Shown: positions 32,572 to 42,912 of the stretch, piece after piece
Layout: every line of letters starts with the position of its first letter
How positions within the stretch are numbered: the stretch's first letter is position 1
The notes under the pieces: model-generated
The model's input: the letters and a program-made list of their open reading frames with translations, nothing else
Told to the model about the DNA's origin: nothing
Databases searched by the model: none
Position numbers and translations under genes: made by a program
Assembly (NCBI GenBank): GCA_041640635.1
Contig: JBEPZX010000002.1
Coordinates: 61,855-125,854, forward strand
DNA from: Aquificaceae bacterium
Lineage (GTDB): Bacteria > Aquificota > Aquificia > Aquificales > Aquificaceae
Length of the DNA: 64,000 nucleotides
Direction: 5' to 3'

Positions 32572-32978
32572 AAAGCTTTAAAGAATGCTAAAAATCTGCC
32601 ATCTGGTCTTCTTTCCACTCTTACACTTATGTCATCCATATTCATAAAGAAAGCATATGTTATCTCTACTCTTCCAGAGCTTCTGATGCTCACATATCGA
32701 TCTGCATAAGCATTTTCCAAGGTATTTCTAAAAGTAGCTTTTAGGTATGCTCCATCATGGTGTTCCATAATTTCTGTAAACACAATCTCCATATAGTTGT
32801 TATCTTCTACTGCCCATTTCCATAAGTTTTCATCCATTGTTATTTCTTCACTTACGCCCATTTCTATATCCTCAATATCCAGTTGAGGGATGATCTTTTC
32901 TACAAGTATTTTTATATCGTCTCTTAACTTTTCTACTTTGCTAAAAGCTTCCTTCCTATAATTTTCTTGTATGGGCAT
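32568..32978 (-). CDS. Hypothetical protein
   Basis: Clean ORF overlapping the lpxB start by 4 nt; ATG at 32978 preceded by TATAAT 7 nt upstream. Confidence 0.7.
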   Translation of the reverse strand: MPIQENYRKEAFSKVEKLRDDIKILVEKIIPQLDIEDIEMGVSEEITMDENLWKWAVEDNNYMEIVFTEIMEHHDGAYLKATFRNTLENAYADRYVSIRSSGRVEITYAFFMNMDDISVRVERRPDGRFLAFFKAL

Positions 32979-33072
32979 AACTAGAATTATAAGCAATTTA
33001 TAAATAACAAGACATACAAAACACGAGTATTATACATTATATTTCAATTGTACCTTTAAAAACGGAGGTGCC

Positions 33073-33612
33073 ATGTTGGCAATACATAGATTTTTACCTT
33101 ATATACTAATGCTAGTTTTTTCCTTAGGAAGCACAAGAGAAATTTCTAATGTTGATGAATCGCTAAGTAAGATATTTCCTAATGCACAGATAGAAGTGAA
33201 AAATATAGCTTTATCACAGGATCAATTGATAAATATAGAGAAAGTCACAGGAGTTAAACTTAATTCTAAGGTACTCACTTGGTACATAGCTAAAAAAGGA
33301 AATCGGATAATAGGCTACGCATATGTAGATAAACATAAAGTAAGAACAAAGCCTGAAACAGTCCTATATGCTATAGACCCTCAAGGAAGGATTTTGGTAA
33401 TTGAGGTCCTAGCTTTTAATGAACCTCTCGAGTATATGCCAGAGGAAAACTGGCTAAAGAATTTTCAAGGAAAAACGTTGGATAAAGATGAACTTAAAAT
33501 AAAAAGGGACATTCCTAACATAACAGGTGCCACAATAACAGCAAAAGCTATAACGGACAATACTCGCAAGGTTTTAGGTATTTGGCAAGTACTTTTTGGA
33601 GGAAGAAAATGA
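33073..33612 (+). CDS. Exported FMN-binding (flavinylation) domain protein
   Basis: N-terminal hydrophobic segment, H-x-VRT, EP.EY.P...WL..F.G, flavinylation motif ITGATIT; SD GGAGGT. Confidence 0.85.
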   Translation: MLAIHRFLPYILMLVFSLGSTREISNVDESLSKIFPNAQIEVKNIALSQDQLINIEKVTGVKLNSKVLTWYIAKKGNRIIGYAYVDKHKVRTKPETVLYAIDPQGRILVIEVLAFNEPLEYMPEENWLKNFQGKTLDKDELKIKRDIPNITGATITAKAITDNTRKVLGIWQVLFGGRK

Positions 33613-34526
33613 GATTCTTTGTAACTGCAAACATAAAGAAAAACAAACCATTATATATTCTCGTATTGTTTCTTTTAGTTTTTTCCCTTTTTTACCTTGT
33701 AACTTCAACTTTAGAGTTCTATAGTAAGTATGGCTTTTCTTTCAAATCTATATTTTTGTATTTCTATTCAGACTTTGAAATGCCAGAGAAACCATCCCTA
33801 GCATTAGTTTCTGAAAATATTCACATAAGCCTATTCATGGTTTCTTTCTTTTTATTGATAAATCTTTCATTGTTTAACTTGACAGGATTTTCCGATAGAC
33901 TGAAGCCTATTGTGAATTTAGTTCTGAGTTTTTTTGGATTTACTCATGCTATAAGCGATTTTCTAATATATTTACTCGGTCCATACCTCATACACTTAAA
34001 GCTCTTATCTTTCTTGCTTTTTATAACTCTTAGCCTATGCCTTGTACTTTATACGTTACTTTACTTCTTGTTTGGTGAAGATAAAAATCCCGGACTATCT
34101 CTATTAAGGCTATCAGTAACTGCGTTTTTCCTTCTTTCCTTTTATTTCATTTTTTTTAACTTTATTCTTTTCTATTCCAAAATGGACTTTAGTATAGATG
34201 GCATAATCAACTACTACTTAGGTAATCCGCAGTTGTATACAAAACCAAAAACCTTTGAAGGCTTGATAAAAGTAGTAAATCCCCACACAATTCTTATACC
34301 TTCGTTTGTTTTAACGCTGGCTCACTTTTCTAGCCTTACAAAATCAATAGGAAAGGTTGCCACTGTTTTAGCTGTTGTAGCAGGTAGTGTAGATAATATT
34401 TGCGGCTTGTTGATAAGGTATGTTTGGGTTGAATTTGCTTACCTGAAACTCTTATCTTTCTTTACTTTACAGCTCAGTTTGACATATATATGTATATATT
34501 CTCTCTTAGATAGTTTCAAAGATTAA
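33609..34526 (+). CDS. Polytopic membrane protein with internal duplication
   Basis: ATG overlaps upstream TGA, SD GGAGG; two homologous halves (FYSKYGFS/FYSKMDFS and HLKLLSF/YLKLLSF). Confidence 0.75.
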   Translation: MRFFVTANIKKNKPLYILVLFLLVFSLFYLVTSTLEFYSKYGFSFKSIFLYFYSDFEMPEKPSLALVSENIHISLFMVSFFLLINLSLFNLTGFSDRLKPIVNLVLSFFGFTHAISDFLIYLLGPYLIHLKLLSFLLFITLSLCLVLYTLLYFLFGEDKNPGLSLLRLSVTAFFLLSFYFIFFNFILFYSKMDFSIDGIINYYLGNPQLYTKPKTFEGLIKVVNPHTILIPSFVLTLAHFSSLTKSIGKVATVLAVVAGSVDNICGLLIRYVWVEFAYLKLLSFFTLQLSLTYICIYSLLDSFKD

Positions 34527-35827
34527 TGTATATACCAACAAAGCACAACAAAACATACATAAACGAGCAATGCGAGGAGTTTATGGTATCCTTTAAGAAA
34601 GTAAAGAAAAAATGCATTGAGAATTAGAACAAATAAAGCCAAAGCAAAAGGTGATTTAACGTTTAATAAAAAAGGGAATTTTGATATCTTTTGCAATTTG
34701 AATTTAATTATAGACGTTAAAAACTCCAACGGAAAGGTTGGAAGATTAAGAAAGGTAAAAAGTTCAAGGAAACCATAAACTCCAAAAGCGAAAAAGAATG
34801 GGGAACTTAAAGAACTAGAAATTACTGTATAAAGTGTACTGTAAGAAAAAGTGGAAATTAAGGGCGAAGTACCTAAAAAGGCAAACAAAGAAATCCACAG
34901 AGAAATCAAAAAATAAGTTACAGATTTATGCAGTTTTGGAATGCCCTCTAAAGCAGGTATTGTAAATGTTGGAGAATTCTTTAAAGCAAGTATTATATAA
35001 AGCGTGGCAAAAAAGGAAAGCCAAAGGGAGTAAGAAAAGAGGAGTTCTGGATTAACGAAAAGTATTAGAGAAACAGAAAAAAGCAAAATGCTCAAAATGT
35101 CATGTCTTGCATTCAGCAGTTTTATCAAAATGACAAAAATCACCATCAAAGAAGCCCTAAACACAGGTGGATTTAAAGGAACTATAAATAATGCATAGAA
35201 AGACACACCTCCAAGGGAAACCAATAAACCGTACTTACCTGGAAGTAGGTACCTCAAAAAGATAGCCAAAATACCTACATGAAAGCCAGAAACAACGAGA
35301 ATGTGAACTAACCCGGTAAGATAAAAATCCGCTTGTAAGGACAAACTTAGTATATCCTTTGGTTCTCCTAGTATGAAGGTTTTAAATAGATTTTTTGTGT
35401 CTTCATCCTTTATTTTTTCATCCACTCGCTCTAAAAGTCTGTCTCTAAAGGTTTTTTCCTTAGGCTTGAAGTTATAAATATCTGTATAACTAGCTGTTAT
35501 ATAAACTTTGTTGTTTCTTATTCTCACTTTTCCTTCCAACTCAACAGTTCCTGGCTCAAAGTTTCTGGCTCCGTAAAGCTTAACGCTAGCTTGTTTGTTG
35601 TAAATTTCTGGGAAATCCCCATGTATTACTTTGGCTTTCAATGGAAGGTAAGCTTCACCTATATTTGTTTCTGGAATCTCCATGATTTCCAAAACTAAAA
35701 AACCTTTCCCTAAGTCGCTATCGGGTAGTTTTTCGTGTTTCAAATACGCAACGAGTATGGCTACTAAAAGTATCAAAACATGCAGTAAGTGATTTTGTTT
35801 TATTAGACCAAGCTCTTTAGATGGCAC
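34523..35827 (-). CDS. comEC: ComEC/Rec2 family competence membrane protein
   Basis: GLVHILVVSGFHV, PVFRASLM, SLWLSF; no C-terminal beta-lactamase-fold domain; start uncertain (GTG 35827 chosen). Confidence 0.85.
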   Translation of the reverse strand: MPSKELGLIKQNHLLHVLILLVAILVAYLKHEKLPDSDLGKGFLVLEIMEIPETNIGEAYLPLKAKVIHGDFPEIYNKQASVKLYGARNFEPGTVELEGKVRIRNNKVYITASYTDIYNFKPKEKTFRDRLLERVDEKIKDEDTKNLFKTFILGEPKDILSLSLQADFYLTGLVHILVVSGFHVGILAIFLRYLLPGKYGLLVSLGGVSFYALFIVPLNPPVFRASLMVIFVILIKLLNARHDILSILLFSVSLILFVNPELLFSYSLWLSFFATLYIILALKNSPTFTIPALEGIPKLHKSVTYFLISLWISLFAFLGTSPLISTFSYSTLYTVISSSLSSPFFFAFGVYGFLELFTFLNLPTFPLEFLTSIIKFKLQKISKFPFLLNVKSPFALALFVLILNAFFLYFLKGYHKLLALLVYVCFVVLCWYIH

Positions 35828-36414
35828 GTTTTGTTTAGGTATCTGAGATGAAAAGTAGAATTTTCGTACTCTAATAGACTTATTCCAGTATTGTCCATAT
35901 GTATGTTCCAGTTGTTCCCTAATCCTAATCCAATGGCAAGGCAAATAAGAGCATGCAAAGTCCCCCCATGTGCTACAACCAAAATATTTTCATATTCACA
36001 CCTTTTTATATCCTCTAAAAAATCTCTGACTCTTTCTTCGAACTCCTCCATATCCTCTTGAGTTGGCAAAGGATACTTTACGGGATTTTTTAACCAGTTT
36101 CTAAACATTTCTTTGTTTTCCTCTAACATGGTCCAAAAGTGTTTACCCTCTAAAACTCCAAAGGACATTTCCTTTATTCTTTCATCTACTCTTACAGGTA
36201 AGCCCAAAACATCACCTATGGTTAATGCTGTTTTGTATGCTCTTCGCTGAGGTGAAGAATAAATGACCTGAATGCTTTTACCTATAAATTCCTGGGCGCA
36301 TAAACGAGCTTGAACAAAACCCAGTGGTGTTAAGTCACTATCTAGTCTACCTTGAAATATACCTTTTTCGTTATACTCACTTTGAGCATGCCTAACTAGG
36401 TATATCTTTTTCAT
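35803..36414 (-). CDS. pspB: Histidine phosphatase, PspB-like subunit of metal-independent phosphoserine phosphatase
   Basis: RHAQS catalytic motif, SSPQRRA, VAHGG; strongly resembles Hydrogenobacter PspB as I recall it. Confidence 0.8.
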   Translation of the reverse strand: MKKIYLVRHAQSEYNEKGIFQGRLDSDLTPLGFVQARLCAQEFIGKSIQVIYSSPQRRAYKTALTIGDVLGLPVRVDERIKEMSFGVLEGKHFWTMLEENKEMFRNWLKNPVKYPLPTQEDMEEFEERVRDFLEDIKRCEYENILVVAHGGTLHALICLAIGLGLGNNWNIHMDNTGISLLEYENSTFHLRYLNKTCHLKSLV

Positions 36415-36457
36415 ATTGCTTGGATTATTTTAACTTAGTATTAGTATAATTGATATA

Positions 36458-37987
36458 ATGCAAAAAAGGCCCCTCTTAGTTTTTAACTTTGGATCTCAGT
36501 ATGTTCAACTCATTGCAAGGAGAGTAAGAGAAATACATGTTTATAGTGAGATTATTAGGTATAATTTGACATTAGGTGAAATACAAAGTATAAATCCATT
36601 TGGAATTATCTTTTCTGGTGGACCGGCTTCCGTTTACCAAGAGAATGCACCAATCCCAGACAAAAGTATTGTATTTTCAGGTGTTCCTATACTTGGAATA
36701 TGCTATGGACTGCAAGCTATAACATACTTAATGGATGGAAAAGTAGAAAGAGCATCTAAGCAAGAGTATGGTAGAGCCAAACTGAAAGTTATCAAAGATG
36801 ATCCATTATTCGAAGGATTACCAAAGGAATTTGATGTGTGGATGAGCCATGCTGATAAGGTAAGCAGCCTTCCAAAAGACTTTGAGGCTATAGCCCAGAC
36901 GGAAAACTCACCTTATGCTGTCATAAAGCACAAAAAGCTCCCCATATACGGTGTACAGTTTCATCCTGAAGTTTCCCATACCACCTATGGTAAGGAAATA
37001 ATTAAAAATTTCGTATTTGGTATTTGCAAAGCTCAAGAAAACTGGCAAATGGGAAGTTTTGTGGAAGAAAAAACCAAGGAGATAAGGGAAATTGTAGGAT
37101 CCTCTAAGGTAATTTGCGCTTTATCTGGAGGAGTAGACTCTACTGTAGCTGCTGTATTAACGCACAAAGCTATAGGAGATCAACTTAACTGTATATTCGT
37201 AGATCATGGGTTACTTAGAGAAAGGGAAGATGAGGAAATAGAAAACTACTTTAGACAGATGAATCTCCCTTTTAAGAAAGTAGATGCAAAGGATTTATTT
37301 CTCCAGAGATTAAAAGGTGTAGAAGACCCAGAGGAAAAGAGGAAGATTATAGGCAAAACCTTTATAGAAGTCTTTGAAGAAGAAGCAAAAAAAGTAAAGG
37401 CTCAATTTCTCTTGCAAGGGACTTTGTATCCAGATGTAGTTGAGAGTGCAGGTATTCCAGGTGCACAAGTGATAAAGACACACCACAATGTAGGTGGACT
37501 TCCAGAAAGGATGAACCTCAAACTTTTAGAACCTTTAAGGGAGCTTTTTAAAGACGAGGTAAGACAAATAGGCAAAGTTTTAAGCGTTCCAGATGAAATA
37601 CTAAAAAGGCACCCTTTCCCAGGTCCTGGACTCGCCATAAGGATACTTGGAGATGTAAAAGAGGAAGACCTCAAAATTTTACGAAAGGCTGATGCTATAT
37701 TCATAGAAGAACTAAAAAAGTGGAACCTTTACGATAAAGTCTGGCAGGCTTTTGCCGTTTTGCTTCCAGTTAAGAGTGTTGGTGTTATGGGAGATGTAAG
37801 GACTTATGAAAGAGTAGTAGGACTTAGGGCTGTAGATAGTGTGGATGGCATGACTGCAGACTGGTCCAAGCTACCTTATGAGTTTTTGGATCATGTGATG
37901 CGCAGGATAATAAATGAAGTAGAAGGAATCAACAGAGTAGTATATGATATTTCTTCTAAACCTCCAGCTACTATAGAGTGGGAGTAA
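36458..37987 (+). CDS. guaA: GMP synthase (glutamine-hydrolysing)
   Basis: [30 protein letters not shown]. Confidence 0.98.
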   Translation: MQKRPLLVFNFGSQYVQLIARRVREIHVYSEIIRYNLTLGEIQSINPFGIIFSGGPASVYQENAPIPDKSIVFSGVPILGICYGLQAITYLMDGKVERASKQEYGRAKLKVIKDDPLFEGLPKEFDVWMSHADKVSSLPKDFEAIAQTENSPYAVIKHKKLPIYGVQFHPEVSHTTYGKEIIKNFVFGICKAQENWQMGSFVEEKTKEIREIVGSSKVICALSGGVDSTVAAVLTHKAIGDQLNCIFVDHGLLREREDEEIENYFRQMNLPFKKVDAKDLFLQRLKGVEDPEEKRKIIGKTFIEVFEEEAKKVKAQFLLQGTLYPDVVESAGIPGAQVIKTHHNVGGLPERMNLKLLEPLRELFKDEVRQIGKVLSVPDEILKRHPFPGPGLAIRILGDVKEEDLKILRKADAIFIEELKKWNLYDKVWQAFAVLLPVKSVGVMGDVRTYERVVGLRAVDSVDGMTADWSKLPYEFLDHVMRRIINEVEGINRVVYDISSKPPATIEWE

Positions 37988-37997
37988 TATTTTAATT

Positions 37998-38957
37998 ATG
38001 CCTAGATCTATTTTTTATAGTTTAATAACCACAATTTTCATTATCACTCTAGCTGTAATATACGTTCTAAAGAAAGCTTTTACCAAAGAAGCTCTTGTAG
38101 CTATGCTAACGCTGAATAAAAAATACTTTTTTTTAGCTTTTTTGTGTATGCTTCTCTATCATACATTTGATAATCTTAGACTTTTTGTACTATCTAAAGC
38201 CGTAGGACTCAGATACAACTTTATGTATGGATACATTATTTCTTTCATTAACACTTTTGGTGCTACAATAACACCTGCTCATGTAGGTGGTGAATTTATA
38301 TCCATTTACACTCTTGCAAGGAAAGGCGGAAAGCTACATAAAGTATTAGGAATTGTTACTATGAAAACCTTAACTGGCTTAGCTTTCTTTATAATAGCTT
38401 TCCCTTTTATGCTCTATAATGCATACCAAAAACCGAAACAAGCGATTGAGGTCTTTATTCTTTTGCTAATCTTTTTTTTAGGCTTTGGTTTTTTCTACGC
38501 TTTGTTTAAAATATTATTAAAAAAAGAAAAATCAAACAGCCCTTTTTGGATAAGGGTTAAATACACAATAAAAAGATACATAATTATAACCAAGATTTTC
38601 CTTAGATATAAAAAAACATACATAACTTTAGCAACTATTGCTAGTATTTGTCTATACCTATCCTTTATATTTGTAGCTGTCTTTCTGTTAAGTGCCTTCG
38701 GAGCTCAGGCAAACTTTGGAGATGCTTTCTTTTCGCAACTTTTATTAATTTATGCTATATTTGTTAGTCCAACACCTGGTGGCAGTGGTATTGGTGAAAT
38801 AGGCGGTCTTTCTGTATTCGAAGCATTCCTAGAACCATACCTAGTAGGTATTTTTGTCATAGTATGGCGTTTTATTAGTCAATACTTAAGTGCGGCAATA
38901 GGTGGTATACTTCTCTTACTTCTTGTTTTTATAGATACAAAGAATTACAGAAATTAA
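37998..38957 (+). CDS. Lysylphosphatidylglycerol synthase TM-domain (flippase-like) protein
   Basis: ITPAHVGGE, PTPGGSGIGE, WRFISQY. Confidence 0.85.
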   Translation: MPRSIFYSLITTIFIITLAVIYVLKKAFTKEALVAMLTLNKKYFFLAFLCMLLYHTFDNLRLFVLSKAVGLRYNFMYGYIISFINTFGATITPAHVGGEFISIYTLARKGGKLHKVLGIVTMKTLTGLAFFIIAFPFMLYNAYQKPKQAIEVFILLLIFFLGFGFFYALFKILLKKEKSNSPFWIRVKYTIKRYIIITKIFLRYKKTYITLATIASICLYLSFIFVAVFLLSAFGAQANFGDAFFSQLLLIYAIFVSPTPGGSGIGEIGGLSVFEAFLEPYLVGIFVIVWRFISQYLSAAIGGILLLLLVFIDTKNYRN

Positions 38958-39059
38958 CTGCAGGGGACTTTTCACTCTTTTTCACTTTAAAAAACAGTAA
39001 CAAAGTTGTGTGATAAAGTTCATTGTTATCCAATAGGCATATTGTATTATGATTAATCC

Positions 39060-39611
39060 ATGGCTATAGATAAACAAAAAATCATAGAAGGCATCAGATT
39101 GTTTCTTCAAGGTATAGGCGAAGATCCAGATAGAGAGGGTTTAAAGGAAACGCCGGAAAGAATAGCTCGTATGTGGGAAGAGTTCGACAAATACAGACAA
39201 TTTAACTTCAAGCTATTTGAAGAATTCGGACAATACAACGAAATGGTAATAGTCAAAGATATCGCTCTGTATAGCTTTTGTGAACATCACTTACTACCCT
39301 TTTTCGGAAAGGCTCACGTAGCATATATACCCGATGGCATAATATGTGGACTTTCTAAGATTGTTCGCACAGTTAGAGCTTTTTCTTTAAGACCACAGGT
39401 ACAAGAAAGACTAACGCAGCAAATAGCTAACTTTTTAGATGAACAACTAAAACCAAAAGGTGTAGCTGTAGTATTGGAATGCGAACATCTTTGTATGTCC
39501 ATGAGAGGGGTTATGAGTCCAGGTCATATAACTACAACATCAGCTCTTAAAGGTATCTTTGAAAAAGACTTAAAAACTAGGGAGGAGTTCTTTAAGCTAA
39601 TAAGTAGATGA
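39060..39611 (+). CDS. folE: GTP cyclohydrolase I (type IA)
   Basis: [37 protein letters not shown]. Confidence 0.97.
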   Translation: MAIDKQKIIEGIRLFLQGIGEDPDREGLKETPERIARMWEEFDKYRQFNFKLFEEFGQYNEMVIVKDIALYSFCEHHLLPFFGKAHVAYIPDGIICGLSKIVRTVRAFSLRPQVQERLTQQIANFLDEQLKPKGVAVVLECEHLCMSMRGVMSPGHITTTSALKGIFEKDLKTREEFFKLISR

Positions 39612-40393
39612 GTAAGATTTGTCTTATAGCAGGTAGTGGTGACTTACCAAATGCTTTTATAAAAGGTGCTAAAGAATCAGGGGTTGATGTATTCACCGTA
39701 GGCGTAAAAGGTATCACCAATATCAAACCTGATGAAACTCTTCTATTAGGTAATATTAAAAAGCTTGTAAACACATTAGAAAAAAAAGGAATAAAAGACA
39801 TAGTAATGCTTGGAAAATTTGAACACAAATTGATATTTACCCACATCTTTAGTTTCGACGAGCTCGCTTTGAAAATTCTGAGAAAATCAAAGGACAAAAA
39901 GCCGCAAACTTTGGTAAAAAGCTTTATGGAGGAGATGGAAAAACTAGGATTTAATTTTATAGACCCATCTCCTTATCTAAAGTCTTTGCTTGTGGAACCG
40001 GGGAAAATAGGCTCCATAGAACCTCCAGAAGACATAATGGAAGATGCTTTGTTTGGATACCCAATAGCTGTTGAGATTGCTAGTATGGATATAGGGCAAA
40101 CAATTGTGGTCAAAAATAAAGCTGTAGTTAGTATAGAAGCCATGGAAGGCACTCAGGAAACTATAAAGAGAGCAGGTCAGATTGCAGGAAATGGTTGTGT
40201 TGTTATAAAAGTAGCAAGAAAGAATCAAGACTTTAGAATAGATGTTCCTACTGTAGGCTTAGAAACTTTGGAAATGATTAAGAAAATAAAAGGGAAGGCT
40301 CTGTTTATAGAAGCCAACAAGGTCTACGTATTAGAAAAAGAAAAAATGAAAAAGTTCGCCGATACCAACTCTATAGTCTTTTATGCCCTATGA
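39608..40393 (+). CDS. lpxI: UDP-2,3-diacylglucosamine hydrolase LpxI
   Basis: [30 protein letters not shown]. Confidence 0.93.
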   Translation: MSKICLIAGSGDLPNAFIKGAKESGVDVFTVGVKGITNIKPDETLLLGNIKKLVNTLEKKGIKDIVMLGKFEHKLIFTHIFSFDELALKILRKSKDKKPQTLVKSFMEEMEKLGFNFIDPSPYLKSLLVEPGKIGSIEPPEDIMEDALFGYPIAVEIASMDIGQTIVVKNKAVVSIEAMEGTQETIKRAGQIAGNGCVVIKVARKNQDFRIDVPTVGLETLEMIKKIKGKALFIEANKVYVLEKEKMKKFADTNSIVFYAL

Positions 40394-42042
40394 AGAAACT
40401 CTCTGATAACGCTTTCTGAATCACCTTCAAAAACTGTGCTTCCTTTCTCAAAAAGAATCACCCTTTCGCAAAGCTTAATATTGGAAAACCTATGAGCTAC
40501 TACAATGATAGTTCGGTCTTTAAAGAAATCAAACAGATTTTTCAAGACCTCAGATTCTGTTCTAGCATCTAAGGCTGAAGTTGCTTCATCCAAAAGAATT
40601 ATTTGAGGGTTTTTCAAAAATAGTCTAGCAAGTGCTAACCTTTGTTTCTCTCCACCTGACAAATTCTTTCCTCCTTCTTCTATCTGTTGGTCCAAACTTT
40701 TTACAAAATCGCATTTAGCAAGATTTAGCACACTCCAAAGTTCTTCATCTGTAGCACTCTCTTTGGCTATAATTAAGTTTTCCTTTACGGTTCCTAAAAA
40801 TATAAAAGGTTCTTGTGTAACAAATCCCACATTTGTCCTAAGGCTTTTTTTGTTTATGTCTCTTAGCTCTACACCATCAATTTTTATGCTCCCTTCGTAG
40901 TCGTAAAAACCACATAAAACCCTCAATAGAGTGCTTTTTCCAGACCCTGTATGACCCATTATTCCAAGCTTTTCACCCTTTCTTATGACTAAAGAGACGT
41001 CCTTTATTATAGCTTCTTCTGATATCTTTACATATAGCCTGGTTATATTTATTTGGTCTCTGAACCTAAATTGAGCGCCACCATCCTCCTCTTTATTTAA
41101 GTTTAGTATTTCTCTTATTCTGCTTATAACTGGGATGGAAGATTTTAGCTCCATAAAGCCCTTTTGTGTTTCCATTAGAGGGATTTGGATAAAAGTTAAA
41201 GCTGTTATATAAGACAAAAACTCTCCAGTAGTTAAGCTACCATTTATGACCCTCACACCACCGTAAAGTATTATCAAAGCTATAATAAAGTAACCCGTTA
41301 AAAAATTAAATGTAGAGTTTAAAGTAGTGTAAAGTTCCACTTTAAAACCTGCTTTGTATGCTTTTCTGTTTACACTTTCAAACCATTCAAAAAACTTCTT
41401 TTCCGCGTTGTAAACTTTTATGTTTTCGTACCCTTTGATGGATTGATTTAAGTCTTGTGTTAGATTAGAAACTTGTTCCTGCATTCTTTTGGTATGTTTT
41501 CCTTTCTTATCTCCAAAGTACTTTACACCTAAAGAAATTATGGGTAAAAAAAGCACCAAAAACAGACTAAGAAATATGTCTCTGTAAACTAAAACCCCGA
41601 TTAAAGCTATTACTACAAAGGGCTCTTTTATGATTTTTGGGATATTTTGAGTAAGTAGTCTACTATAAAGTTCCAAATCAGACAACATACGTGTTGTTAT
41701 GTCTCCTGACGTGCTCTTTAAGAGTTGCTGTGCAGATGCATTGAGTAACCTCTCAAAAAGGTCTTTTCTTAGCTTTTGTTTTTCCCTTAGCGCAAATAAA
41801 TTGGTGCATATGGAAAAAATGAAGGCTCCCAACTGGCTAGTAAAAGCCAAAAGTAAAAAGATTGCCACAGTTCTGTAAAGGTCTTGTATGTTCCTACTTA
41901 AAAAAGCTCCGTCTACAACGCCTTTTACGATAAGACTGATTCCTGCTGTTGATAAAGACTGAACCAAAGAACCCAAGAGTATTAACACGAAAAGAAATTT
42001 GTAATCCTTTAGTCTAAAAATAAGCCAAAGGAAATTGCCCAT
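40381..42042 (-). CDS. ABC exporter, fused TMD and ATPase (MsbA-like)
   Basis: Multi-TM N-terminus, GHTGSGKST, LSGGEKQR, LDEATSALD. Confidence 0.85.
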   Translation of the reverse strand: MGNFLWLIFRLKDYKFLFVLILLGSLVQSLSTAGISLIVKGVVDGAFLSRNIQDLYRTVAIFLLLAFTSQLGAFIFSICTNLFALREKQKLRKDLFERLLNASAQQLLKSTSGDITTRMLSDLELYSRLLTQNIPKIIKEPFVVIALIGVLVYRDIFLSLFLVLFLPIISLGVKYFGDKKGKHTKRMQEQVSNLTQDLNQSIKGYENIKVYNAEKKFFEWFESVNRKAYKAGFKVELYTTLNSTFNFLTGYFIIALIILYGGVRVINGSLTTGEFLSYITALTFIQIPLMETQKGFMELKSSIPVISRIREILNLNKEEDGGAQFRFRDQINITRLYVKISEEAIIKDVSLVIRKGEKLGIMGHTGSGKSTLLRVLCGFYDYEGSIKIDGVELRDINKKSLRTNVGFVTQEPFIFLGTVKENLIIAKESATDEELWSVLNLAKCDFVKSLDQQIEEGGKNLSGGEKQRLALARLFLKNPQIILLDEATSALDARTESEVLKNLFDFFKDRTIIVVAHRFSNIKLCERVILFEKGSTVFEGDSESVIREFLHRA

Positions 42043-42059
42043 TAATAAAATATATACTA

Positions 42060-42908
42060 ATGCAGAGTATGACAGGTTACGGAAAAGGTGAAAGTGAAAA
42101 CGAAAAGTTTAAAGTCACTACCTTTATAAGAAGCGTAAATGGTAAGGTTCTTGATATCTCTTTAAGATCAAATATGAACTTAATTGGTATAGAGCCTAAC
42201 CTGAAAAAAAGGATAAAGGATTACTTAAAAAGGGGAAATGTTAATGTAGTTGTAGAAATAAAACCAAAGACTACGGATTATGCATTAGACACTACTAGGC
42301 TAAGAGAAAGTATAAAAACTCTAAAGTCCTTGACAAAGGAGCTAGATTTGCATGTATCGGATGATGCAATTCTGAACATTGTTTGGCGGTATGCGGAGAG
42401 ACTTGAAGAAGAGTTAGACCCAGAGCTAGAAAAAATCGTAGAAGCATCCTTAGATGAAGCATTAATGGATTTGGTCAAAAGCAGAAAAGAAGAAGGAGAA
42501 AATCTAAAAAGGGACATAGAGCAAAGACTTAGCAAAATCCAGATGCTGTTTGAAAAAATTCTAGAAACAAAGGACAAAGTATACGAAAATATAAAATCCA
42601 AAGTGTTGGAAAAGGCTCAAGGGCTGAATCTTAGTGATAGAGACCCTCTTGTTCTAAATGAAATTACTTTTTTGCTTTCCAAGATGGACATAGAGGAAGA
42701 AATCACTCGGTTTAAGTCTCACATCTCAAAAGCATGGAACCTTATAAACTCAGATGAAGAAGTGGGGAAGAAACTAGATTTTATTTTGCAGGAGATGCAT
42801 AGAGAAATAAACACATTAGGAAACAAGTTACCTGATTTGTCAGAATATGTAGTGGAGATAAAAACAGAGATAGACCGACTAAAACAGCAGGCGGCTAACG
42901 TAGAGTAA
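42060..42908 (+). CDS. yicC: YicC/YloC family endoribonuclease
   Basis: SMTGYG, RSVN, EEITR, GKKLDFILQEMHREINTLGNK, QAANVE. Confidence 0.93.
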   Translation: MQSMTGYGKGESENEKFKVTTFIRSVNGKVLDISLRSNMNLIGIEPNLKKRIKDYLKRGNVNVVVEIKPKTTDYALDTTRLRESIKTLKSLTKELDLHVSDDAILNIVWRYAERLEEELDPELEKIVEASLDEALMDLVKSRKEEGENLKRDIEQRLSKIQMLFEKILETKDKVYENIKSKVLEKAQGLNLSDRDPLVLNEITFLLSKMDIEEEITRFKSHISKAWNLINSDEEVGKKLDFILQEMHREINTLGNKLPDLSEYVVEIKTEIDRLKQQAANVE

Positions 42909-42912
42909 TAGT

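Noticed and set aside
35828..35944. Long N-terminal extension of comEC overlapping pspB
   Set aside because: Looks like an off-frame read of pspB; a start near the pspB stop is more plausible
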